Source of the DNA: Botryllus schlosseri
Taxonomy: Eukaryota
Assembly: GCA_051294905.1 (NCBI GenBank)
Contig: CM119386.1
Span: forward strand, 1,612,001 to 1,676,000
Reading direction: 5' to 3'
DNA: 64,000 nucleotides
The translations under genes were made by a program, and so were the position numbers. Below, piece by piece: positions 36,236-51,078 of this stretch. The number at the start of each line of letters is the position of its first letter. The first letter of the stretch is position 1. The notes beneath the pieces are model-generated. The model was given only the letters and a program-made list of their open reading frames with translations. It did not search any database and was not told the DNA's origin.

Positions 36236-39200
36236 AGCCGAGACACATATTTGTAGCGAGCGCGCATTGCACAGTATCACTGGACTGTTGAACGCATAAA
36301 ATATCGCGAATATAAAATGCACCGATCGCCAACATCCAAGTCGCCTTTTACGGCGTTGTGACATAGGTATCAGTATCAAATCGCCATAGCAGGGTTTAAC
36401 CTTCACAGGATTATATCTACATTGTTGGTGAAATTCTTTGAATGCGATTCTTCCTACGTTTCGTTCCGTTACGTTCAGTCAACTTACGTAATCGCATACC
36501 GCCTCCTAACCTTTTACGTGGTTACTGGTTACAAAGAAATTTCGAACCGAATCGAGACGTTGATTTCTATGAATGGGAGAAACGCTCTCATTTCACTCTG
36601 TCATGTTGACACATTGTCTGTTCACTAATTAACAGAGGTAAAGAAACTGTTTCTGTTGTAAACCCGCCGGGATGTAGAGGGCTGTATTTTTCGGTTGCCC
36701 GACATTTGAGCATGCGACCCAATGAAAAACGACAGTTGAGCATGAGACAATTTCACTTTGTAACCCCTAACCATAACCCATCGGGGTGCAATGGATTACA
36801 TTTTTCGGCAAGAGAAATGTATTGGTGATTGTATTATGATGTATATTGTATATATAATATCAAGCTATAGCCTGTTGGACGTAGCTGTTACCACGATTTT
36901 TGAAGGTTTTTAAGTCTCAATTAAACAAGGGTTTTCATGCGGAAGTAGTTGCAATCTGTGGTTCAGATTACTGATAATAATTTCACAAAATCAAGTTTAT
37001 CCCATTGATCGAAACATGTGTGATACAGCCTTTTAACGGGAAGTCTTTAGTGACCTCATAGCTCACAAATCGATACTTTCTTCGGGTAGAAAATTGTAGT
37101 AATCTCCTATAAGTAGCATCAATGAATTGTCCGGCATTTTGCGTTGTCAAATATGGTACCACTAAAATAAAGTGAATCATTTTGTAGTCGATGGCAAAAT
37201 AGGCATATGCATTGCTTGGATACCTGACAGCATCTATGTTAGTTCCGTTATCGATATTCCGTTTGATGAAAAACTATGTTGACATCTTATGGGCGAGTTG
37301 TGTTTATTCAAATACCGAAACCACGGCCCATGCTCACTCATACCTTGATGATGAATGTGTATGATCATTTTCTACAAGCTATGTGTCATATGGGAAAATA
37401 AGGCTACGCGCACCTTATTTTATACACAGAGCACAAACGCAGACGCGCATAGTTATTGCTTCAAGACAAATTACGAATTTACGATTCATTAGCAAATACT
37501 CATGATATTATGAGAGGCAAACATAAATATGCGCTCTTATGAGAGGCCGACGTCGAATTCCTCTGCTTGATATGCCCATGCCCATTGCCCATCCTACTAG
37601 AAAATCCTAACTTGTTCAAAATACAAAACGCACTTTGGTCCCAATACATTGTACACATGGAAGGGGGAAAATCGAAACACAGCTGATTCGAACCAGATAC
37701 CGAAAAATTGGTTCAAATCGAACCATTGCTTTTCAATATTGCTTTATTGTACCCAATTTTCGTCATTGAAACGAAAGTCAAAGCGGTATCCACTGTGAGA
37801 AGCGTGAAAGTCTTGCGCGAAAAAATGACAACAAATGACTTGTACACTTTACAGGCAAGCTTGGCTCGTGTCGCACTAAACAGTTCTCATGTAGCCATAT
37901 GCAGGAAAAGCAGAAATTAGATTAGAATTAAAATTGGAGCATAGAAACAATTCGCAAATTGGATTAGAATTAGATTACCGGCATTTCGCTCTAATTAGTC
38001 TAACAACTAAAATTATCTAGTTGCCCGTGTGAACCCCGTTAAAGACCAGTGGTCTAAACTATCGATAGACCGAAGTTATAAATCGCTCCATAAAGTTGCA
38101 AAGTATAATCAAACCCGTCGACATGAAACTTCTATTTCGTCACATTTACAACTTAGTGGCGCATGTTCATAATCTTACTTGCCTTTCAGATAATTACTGT
38201 AAAATACCAGCTTGCAATAGCTAGTCGTCGAGGCACAATCGAATAAGCGATGCGATAGTGGTTTGTTTATCGCCGCCTATTAGACGTAAATGATGTCATA
38301 AAATGCCGTACGAACCCGGACATTACATGACTCGTGGATTATTCCCAATTACGGAACTCCATACGCTACTGAGAAGCCCAAAGAAGCATGTGTCACAGTT
38401 TGAAGTGCGGACCAGGCTCGATTTCGGGACACAATTCTGAGCTATAGCCCAGTACTGAATGTATTGGTAACGTTTGCAAGACGAAGCTTTTGCGAAACAT
38501 CATTGGTCAGAGGAGGCGGTCAGTAATGAAGCATACTTCCGCCTCTTTGGAGTACTCGAGTACATTTTGCCTACCTTCACTGTGTGCTCAAATGGAAAAG
38601 CTATCGGCCTAAGATACTTACATTTTTTACTTGGAAGTAGCTGCTTTTACATTACTTGAGTACCAACGATGGCTTGGCCACTGCTGTTGGTCTGTAGGAA
38701 GATCTCGCATTTTATGATTTATGCGATCTCAAATTTTTGACCTCGCTGAATGTGAGGGCGGATTATAGTTTGACGGGGCGACTGTGAAGAATTAATGGAT
38801 CGATAAAAGGCAAGGGGGATTGTAATAAATGCGTTCATATCGTCAGTAAATTTGAATGACCTCGGGCAGAGATATGTAATGAGACCCTGTTCGGAAACAA
38901 ATTTCCTCCAAATAAAGTTTCAATGATACGATTGTTGATTTACAATCTTTTCAATTCTCTACTATAGTTGGTAACTATGATCCATACCGCCGAAAATATT
39001 CGGGTTTATTTCAGTAGGAATATATTATTCGATTGTAAATAGAAGAGTTTTAGAGGAATTTCCAGACACTTGAAGCGTAAAATCACAAAATCGGCGTCTT
39101 ATTCTCGTGAGTGCTCCGCTAATTCAGAGGGACGATATTCCTAGGGACATGACTATGCCCGACTGAGTTTGTGGTCATTATAGTCTAAAACGACGCCAGC

Positions 39201-40360
39201 GCGATACTGAAACTCGCATATTTTCTTGCCGATCGTCAACGAATATTAGCTGATTGCTTCAATATCGCACCATCAGTACTTCCATAACAGAGTTTAATTA
39301 TCTCAATTTTATCTTAAAACACCGGCTGCCTCATCCATTTTCTAGGATGTGGCGCCAAATTGATTTGAGTAGCTATTGGTACTACAGCTCTGGATACATC
39401 GTATATGTATCAGCGAATGTTTCACTGCAGTTAGCACTAGTGTTTTGCGTGGAGTTATCGGTCAAAGATTGATCATGATATCAAGGTATAGTTCAGTTTT
39501 TGGTCGTTGTCCAGAGTGAGTGTGAAATCGTATGAATAACTGAGCAATTTAGAAAGATAGTGCATCTAGCAAGTCATTAAATAATGAGCGGACAGCGCAT
39601 ACTATGAGGCGATACGACTGTCGCGCGCATGGCCTCAGGGTACACCGATTGCACTCGATTTAACTAAAGGAATTGCTGTCATTTTGGGAATGTTGAGATC
39701 GTACGTTCATACTTAGCCCATCAGTCAATCTAGAAGTGGTCGGAAGGGACATTTGACAATACTGTTGCGTTACATTACAATACTCTTTGAATATCAACAA
39801 GAAATTATGCAAATACGCCATGCCTTTGAAACGCTGTTTGGAGAACTTCAACATACAATTGAACAATATAGAATTGCACAATTAAATGGTATATTCATAT
39901 TGAAATAAACCCGAATATTTTTGACTAATACTCGTTCGGGGTAATCGTCAGCGACTATAGTAGAGAATTGAAAAGAACAATGTATATCAACCATATTTCT
40001 GAATTAGGAATTGCCGTCTATTTGTGAGGTCTTGCATCCAACAATTTGCTCTTGAACAATAAATCGAACCTCCGACATTTTTCTGCGAAGCATTCTCGAT
40101 GTTCGACATCGCAACCAGCATTTATTATAATTAGTTAACTATCACGGCGATGGTATCCAGCGATACGGACAGAATCCCATCATTGTAAAGAGCTGGACGA
40201 GAGCTACACTCTTAGAAATATTCGTAGATTTACCCAAATTATACCGGTAAATTTGTCCCGTCAGTTATATTAACGGTAAATGCTCGTTAAACTAATATAC
40301 GGGCACGTTGAAAGTAAATTTACTTGTTTTTAGAGGGTAAAAAAATTACAGATTAAATTC

Positions 40361-40486
40361 GTAGAAGCAATTTACGGGATAACCAGTATTTCATATTTAC
40401 TTTTGGATTTGTAAAAGCAATTTACTGGATAATCAGTATTCTGGATTTACTTTTGCATTCGTAAAAGCGATTTACTGGATAATCAT
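40361..40486. repeat. 50-bp tandem repeat, about 2.5 copies
   Basis: GTA(G/A)AAGC(A/G)ATTTAC(T/G)GGATAA starts at 40361, 40411 and 40461. Confidence 0.85.
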
Positions 40487-41520
40487 TAGGTACAACATTG
40501 CTATTGCACTTACAATTCGATCATTTTCACGCTTACGGTCTTATGGACATATATATGTGATTTTCGTCATTACATCATGTTTCAATCATCAAGCAAATTA
40601 CGACATCGATGGCCGTGCTGAATGCTAATCGGTGAATGGTATCCGAACATTTGGGCATTGCAGATACTGTCGTTTATATCGCTTTATAAATAGTATCCTT
40701 TGAGACATCAAGGTCTAGCAATAGTAGCATGCCAAGCGAATTTGGTATGTTATGTAGTTTTGCTGCAGGTATGATCTTTTGTGTAATTATCTGTTGGACC
40801 AGTTCTGCCACCATTGTAGACTCCTTGACGCATGTATGATGCAAACTATATATCGAAACACTGGAGCTGGTGTGTAGCCGCCATGCTCCTTTGCCATTGC
40901 GACAAGAGGAGTATACGTCCTTTACCTTTTTCCTGCGAATGGCCTTATGAATTGTTTGATCATGAATTCGTAGCTGCTCGAGCGAACAGTACATTGTGAC
41001 GTCATACATGTTCGAGACATAGCGGCGCCAGACGTCAGACATATCTGAGCCTGAGCAGTGAGCACGTGCGGCTGAATGTTCCGAGAAAGATATTATATCG
41101 ACGCGATGTTTTCGTATTGGATAATAACAAGATGCGTTGCTGTAAGATATTGAGGGTTTCGAAGCCACAGCTTAACTTTAGCTTTAGAATATTGCAGGTG
41201 TTGATAGCAGATATTGTAGGTATAGCAGTATCCGAGCTGTTTCTGAAGACCTATGTATTTTCGTTACAGTTTAATGGTGAACAGAAGCTATGGCTTATAA
41301 GAATGTATTACATTTTCTGACATTGAACTACACGTAAATGGAAGCGTTATGGCATTATGAATCATGACGTCGAATGCTTATGTGATAGAAAGGGATCATT
41401 TCGCCTCTCGCTTCCAGCACGGTGCCGTGCGAAATGCATTGGACGTGCGATGCAAAGGAATATTGCCAGAAAAGTTTGCAATCACGCTGGAAAAGGCGAT
41501 TCAGGTACGAAGTCCTAGGC

Positions 41521-42400
41521 CAGGGGTATCAAACTTAACTTGCGTCGCTGGCCGGATTCAAACTTTCAAACCGTTCGCGGGCCGGATCAGTCAAATCATT
41601 TCAAAATGTTACGGTACATCAAAACACCCGCCCTTACTTTTCGCTTGAATAGTTTATTATCAATCCTGTATACATTTTGGTATATTACATAACATTCACG
41701 ATCATATCATATGGATATATTCTAGCAGCACCTTTACTCGCAAACAACGGAATTTTGGCAAAAATTCAAAGATTGATCGTTTGAATTCAACCGCTAAAAC
41801 ACTGACTCTAACGACGGAATAAGCTGATATATTTGTATGCTCCCTTTGTTTTATTCTTAATCTGCCGTTAACTCATCGTATGCGCTTTGAGGAACACAAG
41901 TGATTTAATTGTAAACGCAGACGTTAGAATTTGGCTCATTATTAATCGTCATTCGGGTTTCTCTGTCTATCTGCGGCCTTTTTGTAGAAGTGATACAGCA
42001 GTGCGACCAAATACATTTGAATTGTATTTTTCGTAACTATTATATTCTCCATGCGACCTGCATATAACAGTTTCTTTTTCACTTCACGAATAACTACTTT
42101 TTGGCTCATTTTTTCATAAAAAATATGAACTCAGTGTGCACTTTTGGGAGTTTTGGGAATTGGATGTCAGTATCACCAACTTGTTCGTGATGATGACTAG
42201 AGTAAAACCATAACACCACTGTCGGATAATTATATTACGGCCTATGATCTTGACATTTGTGGCCTTGCGGGAAGTATTTCTTACAATAACATCTCAACAT
42301 TTGTTAGAAAATGTGCTGGGTAATACAGGGGTTTTTCAAACTACTCGGAATTGCTTCGCAGGCCGCATGCGGCCTGCGGGCCTTATGTTCGACACCGCTA
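41521..42400. mobile_element. hAT (Buster-type) non-autonomous element
   Basis: Ends CAGGGGTATCAAAC / GTTCGACACCGCTA; perfect 8-bp TSD TCCTAGGC; GCGGGCCG motifs. Confidence 0.85.
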
Positions 42401-42713
42401 TCCTAGGCCACCATTATTCGAGAAATTGACAAGAATATGAAAAGTCGCAGTATGTCATACTATAGCGTCTCAAAGTTTCCAAATTGTAACTGTGTTGATG
42501 ACTGCATAATCTTTGTTCAGATTATAGAAGAACCTACAAAAGAGCATGGCCCAAAGTACAATCCTTCAATTGGTGCTGAAGTTTTTTGATGAAGCCCTCT
42601 TCATTCAGGCAGTTGCTGACTGATGGATGATCTTCACAAGAAAGACTGGATTTTCGTCATTATCCACACTTACTTTTTTTTTACGTGTTCCCGCAGCAAA
42701 TAAACCTGATTCA

Positions 42714-43095
42714 AATTTACTGGTCTCAGGAACGTAAAACTGCTGCAAGGGACCAGACGAGTATATTGATGTTACAGCAGATTTCTGTTACCTTTAGTTA
42801 CGGGAATTTTCCGTAAAACTTCCTACGGTCAGCATATGTAAAATCATATTACGGGGAGAGTTATTTCGAATTTACTGGTCTCATCAACGTAAAACTGCTG
42901 CACTGGACCAGATCAGTAACTTGGTATTACAGCCGTTTTCCGTTACGTCAGGTAACGGGAATTTTCCGTAAAAATTTTAACAGTCAGTCTTTGTAAAAAT
43001 AAGTTACGGTCAATATTATTTACGGGAAAACATTTTTCTAATTTACCGGTCTCAGAGTCGTAAAACTGCTGCCAGGACCAGACCAGTAATTTGGC
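42714..43095. repeat. 155-171-bp tandem repeat, about 2.4 copies
   Basis: AATTTAC(T/C)GGTCTCA...CGTAAAACTGCTGC...GGACCAGA starts at 42714, 42869 and 43040. Confidence 0.85.
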
Positions 43096-46000
43096 ATAGA
43101 ATATTTTTAACAGTGTATTACGGATTTTGCCGCCCTTATGGTTTTTTGTAGTAATGACTCGATTTTGCAAACGGTTCATTGTTTGTCATTGTGCCGCCGG
43201 GAGAGAGAAAGGTTCGCGCCATCGCGTAACTATAGATCTCTCACTTTTTAGCTCCTTTAGTTTCTTTTCTATTTTACAAACGAAAATCCGTATAAGGTGG
43301 ACTCGTCTGAATGATTTCAAATGGAAATGCTTCAGGGTGTGGTGAACGAGCTATGGTCGTGTAGTCGCACAGGTAGAGTGGAAATTAGTGATAGACTCGA
43401 GTTAGGAGTCATCCACCGTAACGAGACGTATCGTTTTTGAGGCGCACAGTCCGGGATTCTCGAAATTACCGCTTCACAGAGAACGAGGCAGGGTAGACCA
43501 CGGCGATTCAAGTTCAGTAAAGTAACAGGTTTACAATTGAATAATATAATCATAATGAAAATAATCCGGGATTATTTCAAATATATTATCCAATTGTATA
43601 CTGTAGCTACGTACTTCAAAGAGTCTGTTCAAAGTTGAATGTTCCTCAAAATTAACGAGATGTGTGTCGCTAAATCTTTCGAGGTTACTCAACAGAGCCG
43701 TATCTGTCAGTTGAGACTAGACTTTTTAGATTAGACTCGGAGATGAGACCGGTTTTACAGTTTATTCGATGTGCCAGCAGCAGTCATGAGATCATCAATT
43801 TTCCCGCCGCCAGAATTGCAGTTTTTAAACGATCATTTCAAATTGTTTGTCCGTTCAGTCGACAGATTATGAATTTGTTCAGTCTGCACCATATTGAATA
43901 ATATATTCACGTTGTAAAAACCCGTATGCTTCCGGCTCGCCAGGGGTTGCGGAACCCTTGACTCAATATGTTACGGAACTATAATCACCAGCGTATAGGT
44001 CTTAAAATATGACTTGATCGCTAAAATATTGTATTTTGCTGATGTGTTAAGTATTTTGAAATATTTTGTCGCCTTTGAGGAATGATGGAAGACCGCTCTC
44101 GATATTGACACGGGTCGTAAATGACTCAGAAATATCGGAATCGCCATAAACGCAAGGGTTTGTTCTAGAATACCGATTTTGAGTGTCATCCGCCTACGCG
44201 AAATCAGCTCGTAAACTAATACCGTCACACGATGCACAGTGTACACATATATTTTGAATTGAAGTCAATTATAAATCAGTATCATGGAATACAAGCCAGT
44301 ACGCGAATCATTCAATGTTCTTTCCAGATTCTAGTTCCTGACGATTACGCCTGACAAGTGTTAGCCGACCAAATCCGGGTTTATTTCAATATAAATTTAT
44401 GATTCAATTGTATGCTGAAGTTGTGTAGTCGTTACCTCCAAGAAGCTCTTCCGATCATGTTTGTGGGTTAAAATTTTACATCACGGTTTTACTGGAAACC
44501 CGTGAACACGTGAACAGGGGACTCACGCTTGTCAAGTGGAAATCGGCGTGTACTGAGTATCGATTATATCACTCCATTCCGCTTATGAACGGAAATCATT
44601 TATTGCAGCATATTGTGTGGTTCCCACTGATCGGGATTAGAACATTTCGGTCAAGTCAACTCAACATATGTTGCTCATGTTCGAATCCGAGTGTCAGGAA
44701 GACGGGAGCAATGTTTTACTGCCATAATATGTATGGCGATATAGTGATGATAATATCGAGTATTTTATGATGAATTCGAATACCAAGTAGACTATGATTG
44801 AATCATATATTAAATTATATATTGAAATTCTGTACCTCCGAGACTATCTTATGTACAAAGCATGAATTCGAACCGACAGTCGTTTAAAATCCATCGTAAA
44901 GTCACTGCTAATTCTGGCGACTTTTTGCCGCCAAAAGAATGTATTTCGCGGAACTATTTATCCTACAAATCTTTTCGATTCGTCCGAACATTTTCGGTGA
45001 CTTTCACTGTGTTTGGTAGATGTGGTCTACGAATACATACTATTACTACAATAATCACCCCGGTTCCCCGGACTATGGTTGAATATCACTTCAGGGCGTG
45101 AAAAGTTTCTGTTTTTGAAGAGATTTCGCTTGTACACGTAATATGTGAAGTCACTATTATCAAATACAATAAATTACATGCTTTCCAGCAGGATAGTACT
45201 CAGGAATACATCCGAATTTTTAAATGTGTTCCGCATCCTATCCGATAATTTTTTAGGGGTCTTTGAGCAAAAAAGGTTAAAAAAAACAGTGCACGAGACA
45301 ACAACATCCAAGTTACCATGACCAAGAATTATATAAAAAGTCTTAGGCGTCTATAGTTTTTGAAATAATTGATATGGAAGCAGTGTGACTCACAATCGTC
45401 TAATGACATATATAGTGTCCTGAATATTTGATGCTTCACACACATTGTTCTGTTCTAAATTCGTGGCGTTTCTTTCCCAGTTTCTTTTTTCAGCAGTAAG
45501 CACAGGATATATCGCGATTATGCTTCGCGCAATAGCTCTGTTGTGTCATAGAATGTTTTCCAGCGTCATAATGCCACAAAAATTTGAAGTCATGCGAAAA
45601 ATGTAACCTCAATATCTTCTAGCACACCTTCACGCTGCCGAAGGCTGATGGGTTGTCGAAATCTTGTTTACGAGACATGTAGAACCTTACTTGCACTTAT
45701 TTCGAGCAGTCGGCCGTGACATGTGCGATTTCAAATCTTTCGTACAACAACATGGCTGACTCACGGTAACAGTGACGATCGAGCATAGACTGTAGGGCTG
45801 AGTCTACGAGTCATATAGTGAGACTGATTATTTCTAGTATTGAAATTACACACCCTTGCGTCTAAGAGAAAAATTACCAACGAAAATTATAGTTTCGATA
45901 CTATTTTCCACTGTGGAAGGATGTAAACCTCGATTGGTCGTATCACAGCATACGCAACATGTAGTATTGTAGTACGAAGTTACGCAGTACGCACGTTAGT

Positions 46001-49000
46001 GAAAATACATACCTGTGAAGTCGTGAGGAACTCACAGCATTGACACAAAGTGCAATGAAATTGGTATGACCGAAAAATACCAAAATATCCTCAATGTGAT
46101 GTAGCACAGGCATTATATTCTTTGTGGTAGCATAAAAGGTGCATATTTGGTACTCAGCACTACCAATGACCGTGCTCACGTGCACGGAAACAATTCTTTG
46201 AATTCCGGGGAGCAAATCGATTCCCCGTATCAATTAGCCATAATATCCACGCGAATGCAAACATCTGGCCTTTTTCACTAGTATATGGATTCCTAGAAAT
46301 TGAGTTTGGACGCGTCCCAGTTCAATCAATGCATAATTATTGTCACGAAATGTAGATTCCTCCACATTTTAGTTTACACAACCGCGAATAAGTATTAAAC
46401 GATCGCAATTCCATTATGGAGGTCTGGCGAATATGTTTTCTGAATATTCTTTCGGCATTGGTCGTCTGCCGTGATGATGTCTCAGCAAAGGGTCCGATGT
46501 GGTATATTCGTAATCCATTCCATCACTCCAACCCGTGAAGAGTGCTCGAGTCTGAAGCAACCATGTGCTTCATATTCAGACGTGTTAGTTTATTCGTGGT
46601 CGAGGGCATACGCTAACATTACATGTCGGCATGAGTATCGCCAGTGATGAGTTGTGATATGAGTCGCGTTTTCCTGACATTTCCAGCGTTATGCAGAGAA
46701 AGGCGAGGTAGCAATACATTTCTAATGCTATGAAATATCCGAACGAGCTATGTACACCAGATAGTGAACGAATGCAGATTTACCGCAGTAACTTGGCGTC
46801 AGACATTCGGAGTTTTAGTTTGAAGGCAACTGATAAATCTATTTATAAAGAGCTTCTTGGATGTACAGAACTTCAATATACATCTGAGAAATCTAAATAA
46901 ACCCGAATATTTTCTTCCGACACTCGTCCAATAATCTACTATAGATGCAGACGATTAATCCTGACGGGTGTGAGCCGAAAATATGCGGGTTTATCCAGAT
47001 ATGAATACATTGCTCCACTTTTCTGTGAAATTATCCATTTACGAATGCGTCGATCACTGTAGCCCGTATGCGATGTGTTACTTATCACGTACAATCTCGA
47101 TGTCAATGTAAAACCATCTTTTTAGCGACTGTAGATGAATGTTGACTGTGCGCCGTATCATAAATACACCGACAGACACTCTCAGCGCTCTCTGAAAATT
47201 GCGAACCCGTCAGATCTTTTGGTAAATATTGACTTTATTGGTGTCAGTCAGGAAATATTTTATCGTTGCGAGGATGGAGCAACCCGTGTCTATAGAGCTC
47301 GTGAGAAATATCGCCACCAAACTGGATTTCGATAGCAAAGCGCTCGCTTGGTTGTTGGTATGCAAACGTATAGATTTTTTGAAACGAATACAACCGGGAG
47401 ATTACGTTGAAACCGCGCCATCCAGTCAATAGGTCGTCCTGAATAATTCATCCATATTTTCACCCGCCAGCATTTAGCTTCCATTGCATTACGCGTGTTA
47501 ATTACGAGCTGTGTTCCTTCATGTATACTGCATTGGTAATAATCTATTTTCGGGCAATGATAAAGATCATTTACTACAACTACGCTATCTGTATAGGTTA
47601 GCTAGTTCTTACTGCTGCGTGTAATTAACATACCGATTGGTTACCGCGACCGCTAGCTGTTGCGGGTCTTTGGGGGGTTAAATATCGATCATTGCTATGC
47701 CCAATTGAAGTCACGTCCTCAAGGACACTATAAATCACCACTAATTTTGGCGGAAATTGACTTGGTGAAGGTCGGATCGCGAGGAATCGATCAATTTCTT
47801 ATTGAATCTTATGGTCGTCAATTACGGTTCAACAAAATCGCGAGACATTGGAACTTCAGTCGCGCCCGCGACAGGTTACAGATCAAAGTTGTTGCCAAGG
47901 CCAGTAAATAAGACGAGCTCTATTTGCATTGCTGCGTATACAAGATAACAAGATAAATAGAGTTGACAAATTTGACTAAAATGAGCGAAATGCCGGTTTG
48001 TAATTCGCGAAATTTTTCTATGGTCAAATTATAACTCTAATTTCTGGTTTTCTTGTAGTAGCCTAGGCGTAACAGGAGAGCTGTATAGTGCGAAACGAGT
48101 CAAGCTTGATGTACTGACATTTGCTATTTTCATGCTGACGAGAATGAACTCTGTTTTGTTAGGAACTGAACTTGTTCCAATGTCTAATTTTCGCGAATTC
48201 ATTAGTTCCAATTTTAACCTAATTTGGAAAAAATGTGTAGCTATAATTCTAATTTTAATGCAATTTGGAAATGACTGTGCAGCTAAAATTCGAATTCTAG
48301 TCTAATTTGGAAACAACAGTGCAGTTATAATTATAATGTAATTTGGGAAATATAAACTTTTTCTAGTTGTGGAAGTCTTGCATTGTGCTATATTGAAGCT
48401 GCAGCGTTCTTTCCGTCGGCCAAATTCTAGCACGGCCTTTGGACACTCTAAAATTGTGCCTGTAAACTTCCAAAAACGCTAATGTTGAATTATCCTGATT
48501 CGCCACAGTCGATATGTATATTCATGTAGTCAGTTAGTCATATTTCGATTATTATTGCGTCGATGAATTGCAGGATATACAATCAGATATATGTAGAGGC
48601 GGTTAGGGTAGCCATCGTTGCGGCCAAAGTACGGGTAGAAATATCGATTTCAACGTATGTATTCTAGGCTTAGTTTTGCCTGACAATTGAAAACTTTCAA
48701 GTGCAGTCTAAAATCATATCTATTTGAAATTAGTAATAACAACGATTTAATGCCATGTGATCAACACGAGAAATGCTGCTGTGCACCGTGATAATTCGCG
48801 TTTTTAGCTAGGCATTTACAGGTTATTGTAATTGCTATTCTTTCCGCGTGACGCTCGAGGCAAAAGACGCGATTCCATTGTTATCATCAGTAAACAGTTC
48901 GTTGCGTATCGGGTCAACATAGAATTAGAACACAACGGTTAAGATTTAACATCAACTACGCGCTGTATTATCGCAATAATTACAGATTGCATAGTACCAT

Positions 49001-51053
49001 ATGGATCTGAGTGAAATTTCTACATAACTCTTTTGAACTGATACCTGTTGGTCATTCGGCCTCGAGGTCAAAGTGTCTGAATGACACCTAGTCGCAGTTA
49101 AGGTGCATCCACAATTTATTATTATTGTGCCAACGAATATACCTTGAACCTTTCTCATCATATCACGCCGAACCGTTTAATTAGTATCTACCATGCTGAT
49201 GCGATAACTTGTTTAGTATTTACTATCAGGTTTCTGTTGTCGAAATCTTCCCATAAATTAGTATTACTGTCAAGGTACATCAATGTTGTATACATATACA
49301 GATCAGTTGTTTATTAGATAATTCGCGTTGTCTGTTTAGAATTATTATTATTAGTAATAGTATTCCAGTCTAACTTGTGAAATTGTTTCTTTGCTCTAAT
49401 CCTAACTGTAGTATAATTTGTGAAATTTTATGCGCTCATTTTAATTCTAATGTAATATCTGGTTTTCCTGAAAATGCTGCAGGTGAACTGTATAGTGTGA
49501 AACGAACCGAACTTGCTATGCAAGTATTTGCTATTTTCATGCCTCTGAGAATGGACTTTGATATGAAATGAACTTCATGCAAGGTCTTAGCATTGAATAC
49601 GCGAGTTCAGTAATTCAAATTCTAATCTAATTTCGAAAAAAAACGTGTTGGTATAATTCTAATACTAGTCTGATTTAGAAAAAAAAAATGTAGATATAAA
49701 TCTAATCTAATTTCGAAAAGCCAAAATTTTTCTAGTTGTCCAAGTCTGATACATTTGCATGCAGTTCAGAGACAGCATCATGCAAATCAATGACCACCAC
49801 TTTTTGGATACAAGGAAACACGGTCGTTAAAATGTTGACTGGTCAAAAAAGTAACGCGCGAATGAAGCCTTTCTCGGTACAAGGAAAAATATCATTAAAG
49901 CAATTGTCAGTCCAAAATGAAGCACGTATAAACAACACCTAAAAGTTGTCCAAACCCGAAGTGTCCGCGATTAAGTATTTCATTGAGAACAAGGTATTTC
50001 AGGCTGGCATGGCCAGCGACTACACGTGATTTCACGGTCTAGTGGCTCACAAGAGCCATTAATGACACGCAGAAATCTCCATTCAAGATTCCTTCACGAG
50101 CTACGGCTGTTCGCAAATCTATAGTTTTTATATGAACCCTTCGTAACACTAGACGTGACAATGCCCGCTTTTCGTGTGGAAAAAGATATCCTATCCAACA
50201 GTCGAAATACAAGTTTGCGTTACTAGACAACGCCAATTTTGGATCCTGGCGAAACAGTACCGTACAGCACGGCGTTATAAAGCAACATATCCATTAGCCC
50301 AGTTGATCGAAACTGGGGTTCAATGACACAAGCCAGAATCCCACAGTGAAAGTTACAGCGAATTGCAGTACATATTCATTATAATCTCATTGTGAGGGTC
50401 ATGTTTTTAACACTGTGGTTGATGCACACTGCACAGTTCATTATAAGCACCGGTAGATGTATAATATGTTAGAATTGAAATAACGGTTTCGTTCTGTAAA
50501 CACTGTTGTTGATGCACAGTTCATTATGTGCTCCGTTATCCTATACAGTAATGTACTAGACTTGTATAGGGCACTGGATTTTCGTTGATGTGACTACGCA
50601 CGGGGTTCGATGAAGGCTCTCAGATTAAAGTGAGGGTTCGACAAGGTTAGAAACCGCTGTAATAGCCGTAATCAAACGAACTATTATGGCCATAAAAGGT
50701 GTGGAGAACAAATCGGATTAAACACTACGTGCCGCGTCCCAATCTATTTGGAACAATGTAAAGATAAGATTACAAGCATACGTTTTGTATCAATTTGTTG
50801 GTAATCCATACAGGAATGAATGGGGCTTGTACTGTGACATCTATAACGATGTATCCGCTTTACGGTGCAGTGGAATTCGTAGAAGTAATATTCGCAAGGA
50901 ACTGTCGGGCGCCATTCGTTAGACAGACTGTAATGTGTGAGTTATTCGGTTGAAAAGCAACTCGTCTGAAATGATAACAATGATGATTTGCAAATTTTGA
51001 CATTCTTTTACTTTCACGAAACAGATTTATGTTAATTTAGTTCAATTTCTAAA

Positions 51054-51078
51054 ATGGATACTTTATCCCGGATTTTGG
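51054..51078 (+). CDS. Ig receptor exon 1 (signal peptide start)
   Basis: AAAATGG context; MDTLSRIL; donor GTAAGT; upstream acceptor TTAATTTAG (exon start about 51041). Confidence 0.75.

Noticed and set aside
40674-41168. 164-aa minus-strand ORF with WRRYV...IHKAI, faintly like a Penelope RT (WxRYVDD...IHPxI) and upstream of a hammerhead-repeat copy
   Set aside because: The catalytic DD is SN with codons several substitutions away; there are no upstream QG/MG or downstream FLD motifs and no GIY-YIG in the gap. Treated as chance unless an HMM search says otherwise.
46471-46555. GTGATGA...CTGA spaced about 85 nt apart (box C/D snoRNA-like)
   Set aside because: Weak terminal stem, no rRNA or snRNA complementarity that I could recognise, and no evident host intron.
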